The translations under genes and the position numbers were made by a program. The notes beneath the pieces were generated by a model. The model saw only the letters and a list, made by a program, of their open reading frames with translations. It had not been told where the DNA came from and ran no database searches. Shown in pieces: positions 53,355 through 64,000 of a stretch of 64,000 nucleotides of DNA. How positions within the stretch are numbered: the stretch's first letter is position 1; each line of letters begins with the position of its first letter. This DNA comes from Octopus vulgaris (lineage: Eukaryota): contig OX597831.1 in assembly GCA_951406725.2 (NCBI GenBank), forward strand, positions 65,720,001 through 65,784,000. The letters are read 5' to 3'.

Positions 53355-54494
53355 TAATCCAAGTTTATTTTATATTTTTGTATTTAATTCTTTTTCAATT
53401 TTTCTCGCTCTTTCTCTTTATTGCTCTGTCATATGACCTTCATCTTTTTACCATCAAATTTTCTGTATCAATGTGTCTCTGAGAAGAGAAAATGTTCACC
53501 TTATTTGTTCCACTGTTTCAAAAGACTTAAATGACTGTCATTGCAGTCTGCTTTCCAGACAAGTACCTTTGGATATCATAGTGGTGCACTTGATACATGC
53601 ACAGATAAAAGGTGAAAACATCTGCCACTAAATTGAAAGATTTTCTGGTGCATTTAAAATTCATATTGTATATTAAATGTGAGTATACATAATACACATC
53701 TAACAAGAATACCTGAACTCGTAAATTGGAAACCACATCACAATCTAAACACACCCCCGCAAGCAGACAATTTTACGAAACCAGAAATACCTGTTAAAGG
53801 AAATGAAATTAAAAAGCTGTAATCTAAAAATATACTGAAACTTGCTGTTGAAGATGTTTTATTTATATAGCCTATATGTATTGAAAGACTTTATATAACC
53901 AATACGCTTTAAAACATCGCAGTATAGCCATTTCCTGACATCAAGATACATGGAATAAATTTTGTAGAGTTTTATGATAAAACAACAGATTCTTTCATTT
54001 ACACAACATGAAAATGCTCTTGGCTTTTTCTGTTTTCTGTTTTTATTCAGTTTTTCTTTTTTTTCTAATTCCAAATTAAGTTGTTTCCCTTCAATTATGA
54101 AATGAGGACTGTGTTTTGGTCTGAATAGTCTTTGGGCCAAATTCAAATCAACATTTATGGTAGTTTATAAAAAAAAAAACTATAATAAGAACCTTTAGCT
54201 GCAGTTTAGGAAAGATGTTGCAGATTAAAATTTGCATTGCTTTAAAAATTGGAAACAAAAAACTTTCTAACCCACAATAAGAGAAGTATTAACTTGTAGT
54301 CTGGGTATCGTTAAAGAAAATGTTTTTTTATAAAATATGAAATACAATAGTTTGATTTCAACAAAAGAAATATTTTGGATCTTTTGAAAAATCAAGTGTT
54401 GTAGGTGTTACACTGTTTTCATCTAGGAGGCATACAACATATCCTGCATGTGTATGCATATACACACATACATGCACACATACACACACACACG

Positions 54495-54570
<76 letters not shown>

Positions 54571-54934
54571 ATCTCTTTAGTAAATTCTAGTAATGCTTAT
54601 ACTTCAACTGTTATATGGAGAGATAATGTTTACAATAGCGTTGATAAAGATTTAAATTAATTCCACATTTGTGTTATTGATACAATGACTTTATCTCAGA
54701 GACTGAAAACATTAAGACTTTAATAATAGTATTGAAAGATTAAAGTTAAGAAAATTCTGCAGCACACGAACAGGGAGTTGACACATTTGTTTGGACACCT
54801 GAGTTGCAGTGCTTATAAACACTTAGGCATAAACACACTTTTTAAAGTAAAACGATGCAGACATGTGCATAATATTCCTGTTGTGATTGCACTTTCTGAG
54901 TGTTTATGTTACAATTTGAGTAGTTACATTTATA

Positions 54935-55664
54935 TATTTGTTTTGCAAGATTTTTGATGTGAAATTGTGTGTTGAAACAGATATTGTTGTATTTAGGAAT
55001 GGTCATTTTGCCAGTTTAGCCAATAAAAACACACGCACTATATATTTGGTGTTATTTTGCTTCAGTGTTATTTTTTACATTAATCTTAATCTTATTTCGG
55101 CCAGAGTTCTTTCGTCACACTCCTGTGACCGCATCAGTGGTCCTTTGCTTTCTTCTTTCTTATTTGTGTGTCTCTCCTTACTAACGGTCAGCCATTTTGT
55201 ATTCTGTATTTCTACTGTGCCGGTGGCATGTAAAAAGCACCATCCGACTGTGGCCGTTTGCCAGCCTCGTCTGGCCTCCGTGCCGGTGGCACGTAAAAAG
55301 CACCCACTACACTCATGGAGTGGTTGGCGTTAGGAAGGGCATCCAGCCGTAGAAACATTGCCAGATCAGACTGGGCCTGGTGCAGCCTTCTGGTTTCCCA
55401 GACCCCAGTTGAACCGTCCAACCCATGCCAGCATGGAAAGTTGATGCTAAACGATGATGATGATGATTGTATGTGTCTTCATTTGCGCATGCGTATACCT
55501 GACCACTGATGCGGTCACAGGAGTGTGACGAAAGAACTCTGGCCGAAATAAGATTAAGATTAATGTAAAAAATAAATAACGCTGAAGCAAAGTAACACCA
55601 AATATATAGTGCGTGTGTTTTTATTGGCTAAACTGGCAAAATTACCATTCCGAAATACAACAAT
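54935..55664. mobile_element. PLE-like cassette with ~160-bp inverted arms around an RTE-related element (55215-55467)
   Basis: 54983-55142 versus 55501-55664; related to 8060-8290. Confidence 0.8.
55503..55542 (+). ncRNA. Minimal hammerhead-like motif, C9 variant (mirror at 55101-55140, -)
   Basis: cca-CTGATGC-g-gtcac(aggagt)gtgac-GAAA-gaac-TC-tgg. Confidence 0.55.
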
Positions 55665-55869
55665 TTAAGTAGTATTTTATGAGAATTTTATTAAAATTCA
55701 GCATCGATATTTTTTGGACGGTGCCACTCAGCTTCAGTAGTCCTTACTTTTCAGTCATTTGCACTATTTGTTCATTGTATTGGCAAACATTTTCATTTCA
55801 TTTTTCATTTCATCTAGTTTCAGCTCATGAGCTGTGGCCATGCTGGGGCACCGCCTTTAACATGTTAAC

Positions 55870-56430
55870 TTTTAACATCTGTTTTCGTTTCTGTCAGTTT
55901 TCTTTTGGTTCCTAAAATCCATTTCCATAATTCTGCCTCATTTGTCACTTTTGGTCCATCATACTCAAGCTGTGTCAACATTTCCCATATATTTTCAATT
56001 AAGTTCAAGCCTGGACTTCTCACCAGGTATTCCAATAGACTTATTTTCATGTCTTACATCTATTCTTTGACTGTTTTTGATACATGGATGCTGCAATTAT
56101 TCTGTTGGTGGATAAAATTAATTCTTATTTCTTCTTCTCTAATACAGGGTAAGGCTGTCATTTGCATCAGCTGGACGTAATTTACGCTGTTCTGCTTTCC
56201 TTTCAGCTGCTCTAACCAAAAATATCAACTTCGAAATATCATGTCCAAACCATTATTCTACCTCTACCCAACTTCCTTCTGTTCAGTATCATTGTTCACC
56301 TTTCCTTGACCAAAAGCACCAGCCACTGGGTCAATTGAACTTAAATCACTTCTTATCAGTAAAAATTACTTCTGTGAAATCAACACAAGTAGTTAACCAT
56401 AATTTTGCACTGTCTAACCTTGCCTTCTTC
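55870..56430 (-). pseudogene. Tc1 transposase relic
   Basis: RSPGLNLIENIWEML resembles SPDLNPIENLW. Confidence 0.6.
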
Positions 56431-57379
56431 TTTTTTTTTTTGCTTAAATGAATTTTCCTTTTGGCCTTTCCATTCTTGTATCCAATTTCTCTCTGTGTTC
56501 TTTGAACTGTTCAAATATAATAAGTAATAATAATGAAATTATTGTGTATAGTGCTCAGGTGCACTACAACTTGTCAAAGGTGCATGTACAGTCCATAGAA
56601 TTATGTACAAAAGTGAACAGTGTACGGGTCATTATATACATGTGCGCATGCATATGGAGGTGGAGATATCAGGTGTAGTGTTGGTGAATTTCAGGAAACA
56701 TGGAGATTTTAAAGGATGCAATGTCTCAATGAAACAAATTTAGATCACAAAAGTATTTTGTAAGAACTATTTTAGTTAGAATAGTTAACAGTTTTAAGAT
56801 TTATTTACCGACTGAATGCATCAAGTAACAAAATGACAGCAAATATTTTCATGCTGATGCAGCTTAAGTCTTTACAACCGATTCTATTATAGCAATCATA
56901 GTTAAAATGGTTGCTCAGTTGTTAAGTTATTTTTATCTCACATTTCTCTTTCACCTTCCATACAATTACCTTTTCTCCAACTTCCAGTACAAGGGACACA
57001 GTCATCTTCATTTGCCTTTATGTTCTCTTCCCCTGTAACTTTTTCCTTCCTCTTTTTTCCTTCTGGTTATAGTCATCCTTTTACAGTCATTCTTTAACAG
57101 ATATTCTGCTGTAGATATTGAAATTTGCAAATCAGCATCTATTTTTCTCGGCCTCAGGCCATCTTCTCTCTCTTAAAACTAAAGAAACTATTTTATTTCA
57201 ATGCATTTTCATACAGAAAAATAACTTTTCTCAAGTAAAGAAAGGTTTATTGAAGGATAGTACATGTTGGACTACTGCATACTGCCTTTGCATTAAAAGA
57301 TTTGCATTAAGATGTTTGAAGGGATTGTCCAAATGCTAAAGTAAGCATTCTCTTATATCCAAAAAATAATGTTTTTTTC

Positions 57380-57753
57380 TTTTAATTTGTTTATCATTTG
57401 AATGAGGCCATGCTGGAGCACTGCCTTTAGTCAAACAAATCGACCCAAGGACTTATTCTTTGTAAGCCTAGTACTTATTCTATTGGTCTTTCATGCCGAA
57501 CCGCTAAGTGACGGGGACGTAAACACACCAGCATCGGTTGTCAAGCAATGTTGGGGGGACAAACACAGACACACACACACACATATATATATATACAATG
57601 GGCTTCTTTCAGTTTCCGTCTACCAAATCCACTCACAAGGCTTTGGTCAGCCTGAGGCTATAGTAGAAGACACTTTCCCAAGGTGCCACGCAATGGGACT
57701 GAACCCAGAACCATGTGGTTGGTAAGCAAGCTACTTACCACACAGCCACTCCT
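57380..57753 (-). mobile_element. SINE family A
   Basis: Full-length homology to 3904-4310. Confidence 0.92.
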
Positions 57754-58185
57754 GTCACATAATTTATATCAAAACATGCATAAAGTGCTCGCAGTAGATT
57801 AAACACTGAAACAAGCAACTTACTTTCAGTCAATTCAAAGTTCACAAGCATGTGCTTAACTACTGTTAAGTAGCTCCATGAAATAAACTTCTTAGAAGTA
57901 AAATTTCTCAAGTGTCTGAAAAAATTGCTGACCCCCCCCCCCCCCCATCATAGTTTATAACTACAAACAAACTGGCAGTCAAGGTAATATTGTGATTAGC
58001 CAAAGATTGAATATTATTAATTTGTTCCATATAAAATATGAAGTTTACCACTGAACAGGAATAAATAGGATATAGAACTGGTGTCCAACTATGATGAGAT
58101 TGTGGTGAGTCTCTTTCTCTTAAAACTATGAGTGAAGGACTGAATAAAGCAGAAATGTGAGTTGTTTATACAGGAAGTTTTTGTC

Positions 58186-58400
58186 TTACTCTTTTATTTA
58201 CTCTTTTACTCTTTTACTTGTTTCAGTCATTTCACTGTGGCCATGCTGGAGCACCACCTTTAGTTGAACAAATCGACCCCGGGACTTATTCTTTGTAAGC
58301 CCAGTACTTATTCTATCGGTCTCTTTTGCCGAACCGCTAAGTGACGGGGACATAAACACACCAGCATCGGTTGTCAAGCAATGTTGGTGGGGGACAAACA

Positions 58401-58464
<64 letters not shown>

Positions 58465-58625
58465 CGACAGGCTTCTTTCAGTTTCTGTCTACCAAATCCA
58501 CTCACAAGGCTTTGGTCGCCCCGAGGCTATAGCAGAAGACACTTGCCCAAGATGCCACGCAGTGGGACTGAACCCGGAACCATGTGGTTGGTAAGCAAGC
58601 TACTTACCACACAAACACTCTTGCG
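58186..58625 (-). mobile_element. SINE family A
   Basis: Full-length homology; (CTCTTTTA)n tail. Confidence 0.92.
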
Positions 58626-59274
58626 TGTGGAAATGATAAATATGATTCTTTGAAGAGATTTCAGTAACAAACAGAGGTGTTAAATTCAGATTGAAGTAAA
58701 TATAGTTGCTATGGTTTCTTTGGTAAAGGTGTGAAATTTCAAGTTATGTAAATGTGATTTCATAATAGCAAAAGGGAATTCTTTCTTTATCTTGTTGCTA
58801 TGCAAAAAGAAATCATTATTTTTGAATAAGGAATGAATCAAGATGTATGTATATGTGAGTGTGTATATATGTATATATTAGTAAGGATGTATGTTTGTCC
58901 TTTAAATTATGTGACAATGTAGGATAATTCTCCATCAAGTCAAAAACCAGCAACGTGTGCTGTATGGCATCAGCTGAGATAGCTCACATGGAGTGTACAT
59001 GTCTGACTTGTATCTTCTCTATAGAATCCTTTATGCACAGCTACATCATGGTCAGCACTCTGGCTGAAGAACTGAAAAACTAGTTCAGAGACCAACTGAT
59101 GACCATTTTGGTGAAGAGCGTCATCACCCCTTCTTCAAGAATAGAAGGCATTGCTATTTGTTGCTCAGTTTTGTGGTCTCTTTGATAGTGGAAGGATTGA
59201 AAATGTGTAGAAGAAATGCTTTCAGCATCATGAAGAGAAGCAAAAATAGGTCTTGATACACAGAATTACATTTG

Positions 59275-59567
59275 ACCTCTCTCGGTTAATGATGAGGGTT
59301 CCAGTTGAGCTGATCAACGATTGTGAAATTGATGTGCATTCCACAGACATGTACCCTTAACAGAGTTGTCAGAGAGATTCAGCAGGACACAGAATATCAC
59401 AAGGCCAGCCCTTTGAAATACAGGTACAACTCATTTAATGCCAGCTGAGTGGACTGGAGCAGCATAAAATAAAGTGTCTTGCTCAAGGACACAATGCAAT
59501 ACTAGGAATCAAACTCAACCTTACGATTATAAGCTGAATACCCTAACCACCAAGCCATGTGTTTTCA
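59275..59567 (-). mobile_element. SINE family D-related
   Basis: CAGCTGAGTGGACTGGAGC..AAGTGTCTTGCTCAAG block shared with 7240-7300. Confidence 0.7.
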
Positions 59568-59814
59568 CTCTCAAACATTTACATGTCCCATCAGCAACTG
59601 AAGCTGTATGTCAAGCATTGTCTTGCAAACACATCAAAGGATCTACAAATGAATAAGAAAGTCATCAGATTTGATCAAGGACCAGAAGCAAGCAGATGTG
59701 GATGGGTTGGGTGTATTCTTCGGTTCTTTTATGTTTTTACTTGTCTTATTCAGGATTGGACTATGACCATAATGAGGAACCACCTAGTTTCAAATTTTGG
59801 CACACAGCCAGAAA

Positions 59815-59999
59815 GTTTAGAGGAGGGAGTAAGTCGATAACACAGATCTCGGTATTCTACTGGTACCTTTTTTATCGACTCCAAAAGGATGAAAGGCAAG
59901 GTTGACTTTGGCAGATTTCGAACTCAGAGCATAAAGAGAAGCGAAATACTGCTATGCATTTTGCCTGGCATGCTAACAATTCTGCCTGCTCACCGCCTT
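59815..59999 (-). mobile_element. SINE family B, diverged
   Basis: AAAGGATGAAAGGCAAGGTTGAC..GCTCACCGCCTT. Confidence 0.75.
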
Positions 60000-60366
60000 T
60001 ATAATAATGATAATAATAATAATAATAAATGAATGATTAATTAAAAATTACATTAAATGTAATTTTTTAATTACTAAACAGTTGTTATAAACTGAGATTA
60101 ATGTAAATTTTATTGATTTTAGATTGTACAGATACCTTTTAACCCTTTCCGTACTAACTTCACTGAGACTGCTCTTGATAATGCAAACTTCCTGTTTAAA
60201 AGGAATGAAATCCAAAATCTTTCCATCAAGAATTCATGTTGATTCATAATCCAAGGAGCAGACAAAAGTTATTTTACTAAATTCGTTATCATTTTAGACA
60301 TTAATTGAAACAAAGGCAGTCAAGACAAATATAATGAAATGGTTGATCATCATCATTTGGTGTGAG

Positions 60367-60805
60367 GGATCTTTTAGGTTTGAATGGCAGTTTTTTCTAG
60401 CGGTGTCATATGAAATTGTCACCCATAATTATGACCCTAGTATCGATCTATTGCATTTCAATCTGTTTTAGGGTTAGGGTTAGTTAGGGTTAAGGTTAGG
60501 GTTAGGGGTGGGGGAAGGGTATTTTTTTTCTTCACAAATGTAAATAAACCCACTCTGTTTCTTAAACGAGGGACATATTCATACGGCACAGAATGTTTTT
60601 TTACCTCAATAGACGTCAGTGATTGGTTGAAATTGCAGAAATTTAAGAAAAAAAAACAACAAATATCTTACAAACCATAGAATTTTCTCAATAAAGCCAA
60701 GAGGAAAAGATGTTTTATAAACACATTCTACCAGTATATGAAGTTAAAAATTTTTTAGTTACCTAGAAATTATGTTAAAAACTGCCGTTCAAACCGAAAA
60801 GATCC
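60367..60805 (+). mobile_element. TTAGGG-containing MITE (copy 4)
   Basis: Same TIRs; TSD GGTGTGAG/AGTATGAG (6/8). Confidence 0.9.
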
Positions 60806-61124
60806 AGTATGAGTTTGACAGGACCCAGTTGGTCTTAGGATGGCATTGTGCTCCAGTGTCTGCTTTGGCATAAGTTTCTATGGCTGAATGTCCTTCCTAA
60901 TACTACTTTACAGTGTGCAGTGGGTGCTTTTCTCATGTGCCTAGCACCAATCAGGTTGCCATGCAGCATGCAGCATACAAAATCCGACAGGAGGAGCTTT
61001 ATGCTAGAAGATGAGGGTTATGTATAAGACAAGGGGATGGGGCAGAGCAGGTTCTTGTACCCATGTAGCTCCTCTACAGAAGAGCTGTAACTACTAACAT
61101 TTAGGAGAGAGAGTGGGAAATGAA

Positions 61125-61590
61125 TCATCATCATCATCATCATCATTTAACGTCCGTTTTCCATGCTAGCATGGGTTGGACAGTTCGACCGGGGATCTGG
61201 GAAGCCAGAAGGCTGCATCAGGCTCCAGTCTGATCTGGCAGTGTTTCTACAGTTGGATGTCCTTCCTAACGCCAACCACTCCGTGAGTGTAGTGGGTGCT
61301 TTTTACATGCCACCGGCACAGGTGCCAGGCGAGGCTGGCAACGGCCACGATCGGATTGGTGCTTTTTACGTGCCACTGGCACAGAAGCCAGTCAAGGTGG
61401 CGCTGGCATTGGCCACGTTCGGATGGTGCTTTTTATGTGCCACCGGCACAGAAGCCAGTCAAGGTGGCGCTGGCATCGGCTACGTTCAGATGGTGCTTTT
61501 TACGTGCCACCAGCACAGGGATCACAACTACAATTTCTGTTGATTTTTGATGTTGATGTACTTGACTCAATAGGTCTCATCAAGCACAGG
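61125..61590 (-). mobile_element. RTE-related (GAT)n-tailed element with tandem units
   Basis: Homology to 62168-62720. Confidence 0.88.
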
Positions 61591-62167
61591 GTCGAAACGG
61601 TGTTTCTTTACTTACCACCTGCACAGGAGTCAAAGAAACACCATTTCGATGAATCAGTAGTTGGAAAGAGATAGTGTGGGTAGGCTACAGGAACGGGTGG
61701 AGGAGTCGGGTGTAGTGCATGATGGGAGATAACTCAATGGTCCAGTGTAGGGGATGAAGAATGGGGGTGGAGGGTGGATATCAATGTAATGAACAGGTGT
61801 AGAGAACCATTAGTGTATGAAGGATAGTTAACAAGAGAAAATGGTTCTGGATAGCAAGAAAGAAAATAAGGTAATAGGAGGAAGAGGGAGATGTGGTAGG
61901 AGAGATGTGGGTAGGGGTCAATAGGTAGAGAAGATAGGCGAGGGGTTCACTTTTGCAACACAGTGTTTCCAAAAGTCAGTTTCGTCTTCTCACGACTTTA
62001 TCAACAGATATCCTGGCCCTTTGTCATTTCTTCAGCGGGGATCAGAGTCCCAAAATTGGCCTTTTCATCCTTTCAATCTATGTCTTCTTGGATCTTCCTC
62101 ATCTGCAAATTCCAGCCATGTTAAATGGTCAACACTTCCTTATACAGTAGTCCTCATCCACACGCAA

Positions 62168-62920
62168 CATCATCATCATCATCATTATCATCGTTTAACG
62201 TCCGTTTTCCATGCTAGCATGGGTTGGACGGTTCGACCGGGGTCTGGGAAGCCACAAGGCTGCACCAGGCTCCAGTCAGATCTAGCAGTGTTTCTACAGC
62301 TGGATGTCCTTCCTAACGCCAACCACTCTGTGAGTGTAGTGGGTGCTTTTTACGTGCCACCGGCACAGAAGCCAGTCAAGGTGGTGCTGGCATTGGCCTC
62401 GTTCGGATGGTGCTTTTTACGTACCACCGGCACAGAAGCCAGTCAAGGTGGAGCTGGCATCGGCCTCGTTCGGGTGGTGCTTTTTACGTGCCACTGGCAC
62501 AGAAGCCAGTCAAGGCGGTGCTGGCATCGGCCTCGTTCGGATGGTGCTTTTTTCGTGCCACCGGCACAGAAGCCAGTCAAGGCGGCGCTGGCATCGGCCT
62601 CGTTCGGATGGTGCTTTTTGCGTGCCACTGGCACAGGTATCGCAACTACTATTTCCATTTGATATTTATTTCGATGTTCATGTACTTGACACTCAATAGG
62701 TCTCCTCAAGCACAGCAGGTTGTTCTGCAATCCAAGGTACTTTGAATGGGCTGGGGCTATGCGGAACTGGTGCAGGAAGCAGCCTGGGTCTTTGCAGTCA
62801 CAGCATATCTCCAGAGATCTTGGTCCTTCGTCATTGCCTCTGTGAGGCCCAATGCTCGGAAGTCGTGCTTGACTACCTCATCCCATGTCTTCCTGGGTCT
62901 ACCGCTCCCCTTGATACCTT
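62168..62920 (-). mobile_element. RTE LINE 3' end (ORF2 C-terminus plus 3'UTR with ~65-bp tandem units)
   Basis: GSGRPRKTWDEVVKHDFRALGLTEAMTKDQDLWRYAV; (GAT)n tail. Confidence 0.9.
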
Positions 62921-62939
62921 AAACTGTTTGGGAGCGGCA

Positions 62940-63420
62940 CTTACAATTTTCTTTCTTGCTCACTACATCAAATTTCTCCGATGCTGAATTTGTCTCTCAG
63001 CACATTTATATATACCTGCTTGCATTTGCACATCCAGGAGCATGCTTGCTTCATTTTTTGTCAGTCTTCTAATGTTCTCTGATTTTAGTGACCATGTCTC
63101 ACAACCATGCAACTTTGCAGTTCTATCTCAAGTATTATACAATCTGCCTTTCATTCTGTGGGGAAAGACCTTTGTTGCCAGCTGCTGTAATAGCTCCCAA
63201 AACTTTTCCTAACCTCTTCTTACTTTGACTGCTATACTTTCAGAACAATCACCTCCCTTGCTGACTACATCTCCAAGGTAGAAAAAGCTATCAATTATTT
63301 CTAGTAAGCAATCCAGGTATTCAAAGGAGTCTGTTTCTGGTTTGTTTGTAGAGTGTACCCCTCCAGTGCATCTATCAATTATGAAGTTTGTGTTCTCTGT
63401 TAGTCTACCTTTGATTTTGC
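62940..63420 (-). pseudogene. Older RTE ORF2 fragment
   Basis: FYLGDVVSKGGDCSES..KGRLYNT..LHGCETWSL..NEASML. Confidence 0.8.
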
Positions 63421-63434
63421 TACATTGCTTGTGT

Positions 63435-63720
63435 ATCAGTTGCTTGTTCCTCCTCGAGCTTCGCCTGGCTCATAAGGGCCGATCTTCCGGTTTCCTTGGC
63501 ATATAGATTCCCTACCTGGACGGGACGCCAGTCCGTCGCAGGTGAGCTGCAAGATGAAAGAGGAAAAAGAGAGAGCAGAAGTTCGCCATTACCTTCTGCC
63601 TGAGCCGCGTGGAGCTTAGGTGTTTTGCTCATAAACACACACATCGCCCAGTCTGAGATTCAAACCTGTGATCCCTCGACTGCAAGTCTGCTGCTCTAAC
63701 CACTAGGCCATGTGCCTCCA
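63435..63720 (-). mobile_element. SINE family C
   Basis: Homology to 12480-12764. Confidence 0.88.
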
Positions 63721-63736
63721 CCAAAATTTAAATAAG

Positions 63737-63808
63737 TTCCCATGCTAGGAATCGAACCCGGGCCACCTGGGTGAGAGCCAGGAATCCCAACCACTAGACC
63801 AAATGGGA
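63737..63808 (-). tRNA. tRNA-Glu(CTC), possibly a pseudogene
   Basis: 72-nt cloverleaf TCCCATTTGGTCTAGTGGTTGGGATTCCTGGCTCTCACCCAGGTGGCCCGGGTTCGATTCCTAGCATGGGAA; mismatches at pair 7:66 and in the T-stem; TTTT ~10 nt downstream. Confidence 0.8.
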
Positions 63809-64000
63809 AATACTTTGTGTATTTGTAACTTACACTGAATACAGCATTTGGATTTTATACCTACACCTTTTTATGCATATTGAGCAAAGCCATTTCCTGC
63901 CTTCCTCCATACTTACTAAGACCTTCATTTTTATTAAGTTTACCTTAAGAGCTTTCAATTCTAGGCTTAGCTTCTATACCTAAAGTTTCCTCTCTGATTC

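Noticed and set aside
53712-53790. Minus-strand segment with acceptor-like and donor-like ends
   Set aside because: Stops in all three frames and no other support.

Overview
AT-rich, repeat-dominated eukaryotic DNA. The SINE, LINE and microsatellite repertoire strongly resembles an octopus (coleoid cephalopod) genome; this is an inference. No intact host gene is recognisable, and most listed ORFs are microsatellite or antisense-TE artefacts. The window holds four tRNA-derived SINE families and decayed LINEs (CR1/L2-group, RTE, Dong/R4, CRE-like, I/Jockey-like). It also holds Tc1, mariner and pogo relics, MITEs, two Helitron copies and a tRNA-Glu(CTC)-like gene. The standout signal is about 16 type I hammerhead-ribozyme motifs from roughly 10 sequence families. 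Most sit in short non-coding cassettes whose 3' end abuts an (AT)n microsatellite, and many cassettes are inverted-duplicated into long palindromes. This architecture fits termini of Penelope-like elements (PLEs) or retrozyme-like non-autonomous derivatives. The set includes core variants (U3-A8, C9, U6). All coordinates and folds were read by eye.
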